DNA of 64,000 nt from Diplonema japonicum (Eukaryota; Protista; Euglenozoa: Diplonemea), in contig OZ025758.1 of the NCBI GenBank assembly GCA_964019335.1, positions 124,001 to 188,000 of the forward strand, written 5' to 3'. Of the stretch, positions 33,015-42,295 are shown one piece after another; position 1 is the first letter of the stretch, and each line of letters begins with the position of its first letter. The notes beneath the pieces are model-generated. The model was not told where the DNA came from. It saw nothing but the letters and a program-made list of their open reading frames with translations, and made no database searches. Made by a program: the position numbers and the translations under genes.

Positions 33015-35393
33015 TCACTGCCTTTCATCGTGGTCTTCGTACTTCCTTTTCACACCCCTCCTTTCGGGAGAAGCCACCTTGCGCCTTGCCAGAAGAAGCG
33101 CCCGAATGGACTCAATGTTACTCCCCTCAGCCGCGTAGAACAGTGGGGTGAACCCCTCCCCGTCCCTCACACAAGGGTCCTGCTCGTAGGAATCCAGTAG
33201 CAGCTGCATCGCCTCAGTACAGTTTCCAGCAGCCATGTGCAAAGGAGTAAGCCCCCCATTGTCCCGCACACAAGGGTCCTGCTTGTATTCATCGATGAGG
33301 AACTTCACCACCTTCACGCTCTTACTTGCTGCATAGTGCAACGGTGTCTCGCCATAGTTGTTCATCATGCCAGCATCCAGTTTGCACTCATCGAGCAGGT
33401 ACATCATCACCTCCATGCACCCCTCACTTGCTGCTACGTGCATGGTGGCTCTTCCGATGTCTGATTCGATGTAAGGGTCAAGCTTGCACTCTTTGACAAA
33501 GAACTTCACCACATCAACTTTGTTCTCCATTGCCGCCCTGTGCAAGGGTGTCATGCCTGTCCCATCCTTCATCCCAGGGTCAAGTTTGCAGACTTCAGTG
33601 AGATACCTGACCACCTCCAGCTGTCCACCCTCTGCTGCGATGTCCATGGGTGCTATGCCGCCAGTGTTCCTTGAGCCAGGGTTTTGCTTGTGAACTTCGA
33701 CAAGGTGCCTCACTGCCTCCAGCTGACCATCTCGTGCTGCATACATAATCGGTGTGAATACCTTGTCCTCGACAGTCAGCTCCTGTTTGTAAACATTGAC
33801 GAGACAGTCCATTGCTGCTAGCTCGCCTGTTTGCGCAGCAAAGTGGAGAGGTGTGGTGCCCTTCTGGTCCCTTGCCCCAGGGTCCAACTTGTACTCGTCG
33901 ATGAGAAACCTCATTGCCTCCACGTGACCATTAATTGCTGCCACATGAAGGTAGGAGGTTCTTTCATCATCCACAAGGCTTGGGTCAAGCTTGCACTCTT
34001 CGATGAAATACCTCATCACATCAACATGGTTCTTCATTACCGCCAAGTACAAGCCTCTCCTGTTCTTCATCCCACCAGGGTCAACCTTGCAGACTTCAGT
34101 GAGATACCTGACCACATGCAAGTGGTTGTGACACGCAGCAAGGTCTATGGGTGCCATGCCTCTATTGTTTCTTAAATTGGGATCTGCCTTTAAGTCACTC
34201 ACGAGCCACTCCAGTGATTGAAGACTCCCCTCTACCGCTGCGTAGTGGACGAGAGTTGCACCGCAGGGATCCACAATTGTAGGGTCTTGCTTGCACTCTT
34301 CGATGAAATACCTCATCACATCAACGTTGTTCCTCATTGCCGCCCTGTGCAAGGGTGTCGTGCCTGTCCCATCCTTCATCCCAGGGTCAACCTTGCAGAC
34401 TTCAGTGAGATACCTGACCACATGCAAGTGGTTGTGACACGCAGCAAGGTCTATGGGTGCCATGCCTCTATTGTTTGGCAAATAAGGATCCAACTTAAAG
34501 TCACTCACGAGCCACTCCAATGATTGAAGCCTTCCCGCTTCCGCTGCGTAGTGGACGAGAGTTGCACCGCAGGGTTCCACAAATGTAGGGTCTTGCTTGC
34601 ACTCCTCAATGAGGTACTTCATCGCCTCGAACTGACCTTTTGTGAGAAGGACTGCAACAAGGCCATCGGCAGTCGGGGTCGCAGGGTCTATCTTGCACAC
34701 CTCAATGAGGTACCTCAAGGCCTCCACGTGACCACCCAGTGCCGCCCTGTGAATGTGAGCATAGCCCTCATCGTCCTCACCGCTCGGGTCAAGCTTGCAC
34801 TCTTCGATGAAATACCTCACCACATCAACTTTGTTCTCCATTGCCGCCCTGTGCAAGGGTGTCATGCCTGTCCCATCCTTCATCCCAGGGTCAAGTTTGC
34901 AGACTTCGCTGAGATACCTGACCACCTCCAGCTGTCCCCCCTCTGCTGCGATGTCCATGGGTGCGAAGCCTCTTGTGGTCCTTGAGCCAGGGTTTTGCTT
35001 GTGAACTTCGACAAGGTGCCTCACTGCCTCCAGCTGACCATCTCGTGCTGCATACATAATCGGTGTGAATACCTTGTCCTCGACAGTCAGCTCCTGCTTG
35101 TAAACATTGACGAGACAGTCTATTGCCGCAAGCTTGCCTGTTTGCGCAGCAAAGTGGAGAGGTGTGGTGCCATTCGTGTCCCTTGCCCCAGGGTCCAGCT
35201 TGTACTCGTCGATGAGGAGCCTCATGGCGGCGACCTGACCGTGCCTTGCTGCAGTGTGCAAAGCTGTCACGCCACGCGGACCAGTCACACTTCTGTGCAC
35301 CCCGTACTTCTGGATGATTGCCTTCATGTGTTGCAGGTCGCCTCTCGCAGCAGCTGACTTCACCTCGCCAAACACTTCATTGTCCTCAACCAT
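33015..35393 (-). CDS. Ankyrin repeat protein (792 aa, ~21 ankyrin repeats)
   Basis: Repeated G(T/M)TPLHxAA...G.LE.V..L motifs; large internal near-identical duplications. Confidence 0.95.
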   Translation of the reverse strand: MVEDNEVFGEVKSAAARGDLQHMKAIIQKYGVHRSVTGPRGVTALHTAARHGQVAAMRLLIDEYKLDPGARDTNGTTPLHFAAQTGKLAAIDCLVNVYKQELTVEDKVFTPIMYAARDGQLEAVRHLVEVHKQNPGSRTTRGFAPMDIAAEGGQLEVVRYLSEVCKLDPGMKDGTGMTPLHRAAMENKVDVVRYFIEECKLDPSGEDDEGYAHIHRAALGGHVEALRYLIEVCKIDPATPTADGLVAVLLTKGQFEAMKYLIEECKQDPTFVEPCGATLVHYAAEAGRLQSLEWLVSDFKLDPYLPNNRGMAPIDLAACHNHLHVVRYLTEVCKVDPGMKDGTGTTPLHRAAMRNNVDVMRYFIEECKQDPTIVDPCGATLVHYAAVEGSLQSLEWLVSDLKADPNLRNNRGMAPIDLAACHNHLHVVRYLTEVCKVDPGGMKNRRGLYLAVMKNHVDVMRYFIEECKLDPSLVDDERTSYLHVAAINGHVEAMRFLIDEYKLDPGARDQKGTTPLHFAAQTGELAAMDCLVNVYKQELTVEDKVFTPIMYAARDGQLEAVRHLVEVHKQNPGSRNTGGIAPMDIAAEGGQLEVVRYLTEVCKLDPGMKDGTGMTPLHRAAMENKVDVVKFFVKECKLDPYIESDIGRATMHVAASEGCMEVMMYLLDECKLDAGMMNNYGETPLHYAASKSVKVVKFLIDEYKQDPCVRDNGGLTPLHMAAGNCTEAMQLLLDSYEQDPCVRDGEGFTPLFYAAEGSNIESIRALLLARRKVASPERRGVKRKYEDHDERQ

Positions 35394-35449
35394 GTTATTT
35401 CTTTTGTCAATAAAGCACAGAATTCTGTTAAAAAGGGAGTCTTTTAGGT

Positions 35450-35729
35450 TGTGTTTGAGTTGTATTGGATAAGCACGTGAGTAGGAAAAAAGAAAGAAGT
35501 GTAGAGATGAAATGAAATGGTTTCAAAAGAGCTTTGGTGTAAAATGAAACAAAATGTTTGAATCTCATTGACATTGGGAGTCAGAGAGAGTGCATGTTGT
35601 TTCAATTTTATCAATCAGGGGAAGGGGGGGGGGGGGGGTGAGGAAGGAAGTGTCCTGACAACAATTCTGCGACCGCAAAGGACAGCACTTGTTCAAAAAA
35701 AAGATAAAAATGAACGAGTGTCATAAAAT
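35450..35729. repeat. Duplicated intergenic module, copy 2 (upstream of ankyrin gene)
   Basis: Direct repeat of 32551-32818 with small indels. Confidence 0.92.
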
Positions 35730-35981
35730 ATATTCAAGAAAAAAAGAGAAAAAGAGAGGGAGAAAAGAGAAGAATGAAAGAAAAGATATCAAAACAAACG
35801 TCGCGGCAGCTGTAGGTGGGAAGAAAAGAATGTGTTATAAAAAAAACCCCCCCCACAAAACCCTCTGGTGTGTCACAGCATTCAGGGATGGAATCCTGAG
35901 CAAAGACTGACGGCTTGCTTTGGTTTTTTTTTTCTTTCTTTCTTTCTTTCTTTCTTTTTTTTTTTTTTTTAAACCCCCTTT

Positions 35982-37043
35982 TCAGCCAATCTTCTCACCG
36001 CCCCAGTAGTTAGCCTCGGGCTTCAAGCACTGTGCGTACCACCTGCTCTGCTTGTAGCACCCAGCTCCGGGGGTGCAACAGCTCGGTGTCTTCAAACAGT
36101 TTCCCCACAGGGGGACAACGAAGGAACAACTGCCAGGGGACGGGGGAGGGGTGGCAGGAGGAGGAGGCGGTGTGGAAGGGACCGGTGTGGGGACAGGGGT
36201 AGGGGGCGAGGGTGTCGGGACGGGCGAGGGTGTGGGAACAGGTGTGGGGAGGGGCGTCGGAGGGGCTGTCGGAGGGGTGGGTGTCAAGTTCGCTGGGGTG
36301 CAGTGCGCAAACCACCTGTTCACCTGGTGGCACTTGGCTCCAGGTGCACAGCAGTGTGTTTCGGTGGTGCATGTTGCCCAGAGAGGGATCACACGAGAGC
36401 ATGAGGCAGGAGGGGGGACAGGGACAGGGACAGGTGGAACAGGGACAGGTGGGCTGTTACCACCACCACCACCACTACCACTACCAAAGTCCAAGTCGAT
36501 GGCGTTGTAGAAGGTGTTGGCAGTGTCACCCACATCCCAGACAGCGAGGACGACGTGGTAGCCCGCCTTGGAGGGGAGGGTGCAGGAGTGCGTCGTCAGG
36601 ATCTGCGGGTTCATCATGTTCCCCATCACGGAGCAGAAGGGGGTCCCTTCGAAGCTGCTCCTCGCAAGCGGTGCCTCCTGGTCCCATCCGTCCCTCGTGA
36701 TGTAGTACCGCCAGTCCAGAGTCGCGTGGTTCGCCTGGAACCACCAAGTGAAGTCTGTCCTCCCAGCTGACGCTGCTGTCTTCGCCCACCTCGTCGAAGA
36801 CTGCTCGTTCAGAGGGGTCCACCGGGAGCTCCCCGCTGCAGCCAGCGTCCCGTCAGGAGGCCCGCTCACAGGGTACCTGTCCGGACCCTCCACGCTCTGG
36901 GGCTCGTACTGCACCGCACCGCAGTTCTGGTTCTCCCCCCCGGTCCTGCACATGTAGTTCCTCGATGGAGGGACCTTCACGTACCCGTGGCCCTCCACAC
37001 CTGACGCTGCAAGCAGCACGGGGAGCGCAAGGCGTTGTAACAT
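35982..37043 (-). CDS. Lytic polysaccharide monooxygenase AA10 (GbpA/CBP21-like) with Pro/Thr linkers and two CBM1-like domains
   Basis: Signal peptide cleaved before His1 (VEG|HGYV); NCGAVQYEPQSVEGPD, second His in ANHATLDWRYYIT, GYHVVLAVWDVGDT..FYNAID. Two C-terminal modules W..C...CC.PG..C....W(F/Y)A.C. Confidence 0.93.
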   Translation of the reverse strand: MLQRLALPVLLAASGVEGHGYVKVPPSRNYMCRTGGENQNCGAVQYEPQSVEGPDRYPVSGPPDGTLAAAGSSRWTPLNEQSSTRWAKTAASAGRTDFTWWFQANHATLDWRYYITRDGWDQEAPLARSSFEGTPFCSVMGNMMNPQILTTHSCTLPSKAGYHVVLAVWDVGDTANTFYNAIDLDFGSGSGGGGGNSPPVPVPPVPVPVPPPASCSRVIPLWATCTTETHCCAPGAKCHQVNRWFAHCTPANLTPTPPTAPPTPLPTPVPTPSPVPTPSPPTPVPTPVPSTPPPPPATPPPSPGSCSFVVPLWGNCLKTPSCCTPGAGCYKQSRWYAQCLKPEANYWGGEKIG

Positions 37044-38102
37044 AGTAGTTTTGTTTTTTTTTCTTCTTCTTTTTGTGTGTCAGAAGGACTGAGTGTGAAG
37101 AGCTTGAGGGGGGAAGCAATGACCATTCAATAGCAACTGGAATAGGGGGACGGAAGTGGGAGTACTAGAAAAAGAAAAGAAAAGAAAAGAAAAAACAAAA
37201 ATAAAAAATAGGGAAAATGGGGTGCAGAAACTCCAAACACACCGGCAGGAGAGATGAAGAGAACCCATAAAAAAAACAACAAAGGGTCTGGAACACCCTT
37301 TTTATTTTTTTTCTTCTTCTTCCGTCCCCCCTTCATCTCCTCTTCCTTTGGGGTTCTGCTTTCCTTTTTTTTGTTTTTGTTTTATTTCCTTCTTTTTGTT
37401 GTTAAAACGTGTGTCAGAAGGACTGTGAGTGTGAAGAGTTTGAGGGGTGTGTGGTGGAGGTGGGGTTATTCTTCTTCTTGCGTGCGATATGTTTCAGACT
37501 CTCAAAAAAAATAAACTGTAAAAATTTATAAAAGAAAAAGAAAAAGAAAAAGAGAAAAAAGAAAATCAAGGGAGGTAGTTGAAAAAAGGGGAAATTAAAA
37601 TTCGAACGAGAATATAAGAAAACAAGAACAAACAAGTTATTCTTTGTTTGTGTGAACGTACCCAACATTTCTTACAAGTGTTTTTGTTCATTATTCAAAA
37701 AAAAAGAAAAAAGTGGGGAGAAAGTGATTGAAAGTACGAGGGGAAAGGGGGGGGCAGTCTTGCGCGGTACTCGACCGTTGGTCAGGCAACCACCTCATGT
37801 CATGTGCGCGCGACTCGACCGTGATCTCTCCGAACAAAAGGCAGCCACAGAGGCGGCCTGGGAAAGGCACGAGAGGGCAACGCAAGCCAGACAGAGGGGC
37901 TGTGCTGGGCCCGAGGCAACGGGAGCACCTGCTGCGGAGACGGCATCAAGGGGCAGTGTTGCTGGCAAAAGCCAGAACTGGAAAATTGTGAAAAATCAAA
38001 AAAAAGGCGATGTTTAAGGGCAAATCCCACTCGAGGACCACCCTTAAACCCAAAAAAAAAAAAATCACTATGATAGGAACGAAGTGGTTAGCAACGGCCC
38101 GC

Positions 38103-38146
<44 letters not shown>

Positions 38147-38277
38147 GGAAGAAGGGGAGAAAATATGACCCCCCCCTTTTTTTTCATTGTTCATATTTGA
38201 GTGCATTTCCTGCTTCATTTCTTAAATGCGAGAGAGAAATGCGTGTACTTTGTGTGATGCTTTTTCGGAGCTTCTTC

Positions 38278-40548
38278 TCAGGCGCTGATGCAGCTGTCGC
38301 GGAGCTTGTGGGCTGCGGCGACCATGTTCTTAAGGGAGGGGATGACCTCGTCCCATTTCCTGGTTTTCAGGCCGCAGTCGGGGTTCACCCAGGTCCTGGA
38401 GGGGGGAAGGAGGAGCAGGAGGCCTTGGAGGCGGGCCGCCATGTCGTCCACAGTGGGGACCACCGGGGAGTGGATGTCGTAGACCCCTGCGCCGAGGTCG
38501 CGGGCGTAGCCGTAGGAGGAGAGGGCCGCCACCATCTCCCCTGCGCTCCTGGAGTTCTCGATGGTGAGGACGTCGGCATCCATCCCGTCGATCCTCCCGA
38601 TGATGTCCTCGAAGGTGGAGTAGCACATGTGGGTCACTACCTGTGTCGAGGGGCACGCCCCGCAGGTCGACAGCCTGAAGCACGCCACTGCCCACTCCAG
38701 GTACTTCTCGCTCTCCTCCTTCTTCAGCGGCATTCTCTCCCGCAGGGCTGCCTCGTCCACCTGCACCACCCTGCACCCTGCCGCCTCCAGGTCCGCCACC
38801 TCCTCCCTTACAGCGAGGGCTACCTCCACTGCCTGCTCCGCACGCGGCACGTCCACCCTGCAGAACGACCAGTTCAAGATCGTCACGGGGCCCGTCAGCA
38901 TCCCCTTCACGGGTACCGCCCCGCTCGCCTTCTGGCACACCGCGAACTCACGCACCGTCATCGCCGCCCCTCCCTTCCTAACCACCGCCCCGTGGATTAC
39001 AGGGGGACGCACATACCGAGACCCGTACGACTGCACCCACCCGTGCCTCGTCAGCAGCATCCCCTCCAGCTTCTGCGCGAAGTACTCCACCATGTCGCTC
39101 CTCTCAGCCTCCCCGTGCACGAACACGTCCAGCCCGATCTCCTTCTGGATCCCCACCACCCTCTCGATCTCCTTGTCGATCTGCTCCTCGTACGCAGCCT
39201 TCCCCACCTTCCCCTCCTTCCACTCCCGTCGCAGCTTTCGGATCTCCGCTGTCTGCGGGAACGACCCGATCGTCGTGGTTGGGAAGTCCGGAAGCTCCGC
39301 CAGCTGCTTCCCCCTGCGCTCCTTGAAGGGCTCGCTTCGGGTGTACATCTCAGGTGTTACCCCCTTCGCTCCCTCCACTCCGCTGAGGTTGTCCTCCCCG
39401 ATCCATGATGATGCAGACTCCGAAGAAGAGGAGTCGGATGAGGCGAGCTTCGTCAGAACCTCGAGCTTCTGCTTCGCGAACGCAAGCTTGGCCCTCACCT
39501 CCGCAGGGATGCTCCCCTCCTCCTCATGGTCCAGGTCGTAGGGAACGAACTGAAGGGAGCAGGAAGGGGCAACCACCACCCTCGCGTCGTCCTGCACCGC
39601 CTTCCGGATCCTCTGCAGGATGCTCCCAGCCGCGGCCTCGTTCCTCCACACGTTGCGCCCGTCGACCACCCCGGCACCGAGCTCCTTTGTTGTGGGGAAG
39701 CCCTGCTTCTCCACAATCTCCACCATCGCCTTGCTCCTGCAGAAGTCGAGCGTCACGCGCTTCACGGGGAGCTCCACCACGTAGCCGTAGACGGCAGGGC
39801 TCAGGGAGTCGAAGTGCACACACAGGTTCACAGCAGGGCCACCGCACTCGCCGAGCTCCTTGTAGGCGGCCGTTGTAAGAGAGCGCACCTCCTCCGTCTC
39901 CGCGTCGCTCATCACCAGCCACGGCTCGTGCAGCTGCACCTCCTTCACCCCCGCCTTGCTCAGCTCCCCCAGAAGCTCTTTGTACAAGGGCACCAGATCC
40001 TTCACCAGAGCCGAAGCCGTCCTCCCCTCCGCGTATTTGCAGAGCTTCCCGAGGGTTACAGGCCCCAGCACGATCGGGACCACCGCATCCGGCTTCGCCG
40101 CCTTGCTGCGGAGGAGCTGCACGTGCGCCAAAAAGGGGGCGAAGTTCCCGCAGGGGACCGTGTCCGCCACCACCTCAGGCACCATGTAGTGGTAGTTCGA
40201 GTCGAAGTACTTCGTCATGTCCAGCGCGGGGACCCCGTCCCGTCCCCTCGCCTGCGTGAAGTAAGCGTCCAGCCCACCCAACCCCGCCTCCCTCACCCTC
40301 TTGCAGGTCAGCCCGAAGCGCTCGCTCCAGTCAAGCACGTGGTCGTACAGCGTGTGGTCCCCGACACCGATCAGGCCCACTCCGGCAGCCTCCTGGTCCT
40401 GCAGGCTCTGCAGCGCCACCTTGTCGCTCACCTCCAGCAGCTCCGACTCCGTGATCTTCTTCCCCCAGTACTTCTCAAGTGCCATCTTCATCTCGCGCTT
40501 TGGTCCCGTGCGGGGGAAGCCAACAGTGGTCGTCCTAAGGTGCACCAT
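38278..40548 (-). CDS. metE: Cobalamin-independent methionine synthase
   Basis: GFPRTG, MTKYFDSNYHY, HGEAERSDMVEYF, GWVQSYGSRYVRPP, KGMLTGPVTILNWSF; Zn ligands in THMCY and WVNPDCGLKTR. Confidence 0.97.
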   Translation of the reverse strand: MVHLRTTTVGFPRTGPKREMKMALEKYWGKKITESELLEVSDKVALQSLQDQEAAGVGLIGVGDHTLYDHVLDWSERFGLTCKRVREAGLGGLDAYFTQARGRDGVPALDMTKYFDSNYHYMVPEVVADTVPCGNFAPFLAHVQLLRSKAAKPDAVVPIVLGPVTLGKLCKYAEGRTASALVKDLVPLYKELLGELSKAGVKEVQLHEPWLVMSDAETEEVRSLTTAAYKELGECGGPAVNLCVHFDSLSPAVYGYVVELPVKRVTLDFCRSKAMVEIVEKQGFPTTKELGAGVVDGRNVWRNEAAAGSILQRIRKAVQDDARVVVAPSCSLQFVPYDLDHEEEGSIPAEVRAKLAFAKQKLEVLTKLASSDSSSSESASSWIGEDNLSGVEGAKGVTPEMYTRSEPFKERRGKQLAELPDFPTTTIGSFPQTAEIRKLRREWKEGKVGKAAYEEQIDKEIERVVGIQKEIGLDVFVHGEAERSDMVEYFAQKLEGMLLTRHGWVQSYGSRYVRPPVIHGAVVRKGGAAMTVREFAVCQKASGAVPVKGMLTGPVTILNWSFCRVDVPRAEQAVEVALAVREEVADLEAAGCRVVQVDEAALRERMPLKKEESEKYLEWAVACFRLSTCGACPSTQVVTHMCYSTFEDIIGRIDGMDADVLTIENSRSAGEMVAALSSYGYARDLGAGVYDIHSPVVPTVDDMAARLQGLLLLLPPSRTWVNPDCGLKTRKWDEVIPSLKNMVAAAHKLRDSCISA

Positions 40549-41152
40549 CTTCGCAGAGATCTTTTGTATTCGTGTTGTTGTTTTTTGAGCTGTGGTGGGG
40601 AATTGAAGCAGTCATAGCAGAATCGAATTACAAAGAAAGGAGTGCTTCCGAAGAAAGGTGGACGGGAATCAAGGAAAGGAGTAAGGAAGGAACTTCATGA
40701 GTGGTGCTTATCTGTTTCAAACCCACCACTCACGATTCTTTGGTTTGAAAAAAAGAAGGGGGGGAGGGGGAGGGAGAGACACCAAAGGGCCATATGCACC
40801 ATATACGGAGAGAAGAAGAGGTGTGATGTTACGATACACTGGTGGCCGCTCTGCTTCTCTCAATTATTCCTTCGCTAGTAAAAAAACAGCTGGAGTTTAA
40901 AAAAAAAGAAATAAAAATGAGAGGGAAGAGAGAAACGAGAAAAGACCTGTTTTTTTTTTTGGATATTAGGGCCCGGGAAAATATAAAAACAGCAGCAGTG
41001 GGTGAATCGATCCAAGATCAGTCAAAAAAAAAAAATTTTTTTTGTCCGATGACTCTCTTCATCCAAGCTCCCAATAAAAAAAATTCACCTGGTTCCATGG
41101 TGAAATGGAGGTGTTCATGTTTGTGTCTGATTTTTTTTTCTTGTGTACCTCC

Positions 41153-42295
41153 TTAAACGGAGAGTTCCCTGTTGCCCTTCTGAGAGAGAACAACGCCGGG
41201 GATGGTGTCGATGAACTTCTTTGCGTTGACGACAGTGTTGTACGCCAGGGTGACAGGGGTCGTGGTGTGGCGGTGGTAGATGTGCATCCCTGTGAGGCCC
41301 ACGTTGTAGAAGGTGTTTCCCTCGTAGTGCTGCCCGACGCCACCTTCGCCAGCGGCCGTCGGCACAGGCCTGGAGTCACAGAAGAAACCGTTGCCCCCTG
41401 CCCCGATCACTGTGTTCGACAAGACCTTGTGCCCCGACCCGAAGATAATGAGACCGTTCCCCGACCCTTGCACAACCCTGTTGTGGGCCACGACGACCTC
41501 CTCCCCGTTCACCTGGATCCCGTTGTTCTGCCACTGTGCGAAGGGGCGTTGTCCGTAGTTCTCGATGAGGTTGTTCTCCACACGGCACCCTGGAAGGCAC
41601 TTGCTCACCTGGATTCCGTCCGCCCCGAGGTTTTTCAGCACATTGTTCTCCACCACGAGTCCCCGCATGTCGTGCGGGTACACCACTGTCGGAACCCCGT
41701 TGCACTCCAGCGTCCTCTCGTATGCCGTGTAGCCGATGTACATACCCTCCCCGTCCCCCGTCTCGTGGATGTAGTTGTCGTGAACCTTTACGTTCGCCAT
41801 CTCGAAGTTCTCCTTCCATGTTGCGGGGTCGCACGTGGGGTCCGTCTTCAGCATGAGCCCTGCAAAGGATGCCCCCTTCACTTCCACATGGTCGATCTCG
41901 ATGTCCGACGTCATCGTGTTCGCCCCGAGCGTGCCCCCTAGTTGGAACCCATACTCCACAGAGGTGTCCCCCGTCCCCGTGATGCGCAGGTACCGCGACC
42001 TCTCCACGCTGATGCTGTAGTGGTATTGCGTCGTCACCACTGCCCCCTTGCAGTTCCGTACCACGATGGGCGCCCCTTCCTCCCCCACCACGTTCCGGAT
42101 GTTGATGGGGCCCCTCGACCCGCCCTCGAAGCACACCACGTCACCCCCCTTTGCCTTCGCCACCGCCCCGTCAAAGCGGTAGTGCTGCGAAGGCACCACG
42201 TGTGTGCACCCGCACGCCGCAGCGTCCTCGCTGCTCAGCGCAGCCACACCGCATCCTCCAAACAGCAGCACAGCACAGAGAAGGACAGGCTTCAT
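41153..42295 (-). CDS. Secreted right-handed parallel beta-helix repeat protein (pectin-lyase-like fold, possible polysaccharide-active enzyme)
   Basis: Signal peptide; repeated (V/I)xNNx(I/V) rungs, VHDNYIHETGDGEGMYIG, GADGIQV. Confidence 0.8.
   Translation of the reverse strand: MKPVLLCAVLLFGGCGVAALSSEDAAACGCTHVVPSQHYRFDGAVAKAKGGDVVCFEGGSRGPINIRNVVGEEGAPIVVRNCKGAVVTTQYHYSISVERSRYLRITGTGDTSVEYGFQLGGTLGANTMTSDIEIDHVEVKGASFAGLMLKTDPTCDPATWKENFEMANVKVHDNYIHETGDGEGMYIGYTAYERTLECNGVPTVVYPHDMRGLVVENNVLKNLGADGIQVSKCLPGCRVENNLIENYGQRPFAQWQNNGIQVNGEEVVVAHNRVVQGSGNGLIIFGSGHKVLSNTVIGAGGNGFFCDSRPVPTAAGEGGVGQHYEGNTFYNVGLTGMHIYHRHTTTPVTLAYNTVVNAKKFIDTIPGVVLSQKGNRELSV

Noticed and set aside
37076-37448. 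35-bp imperfect direct repeat upstream of the LPMO (also a ~43-bp tandem duplication at 43151-43231)
   Set aside because: Real but small local duplications with no evidence of function
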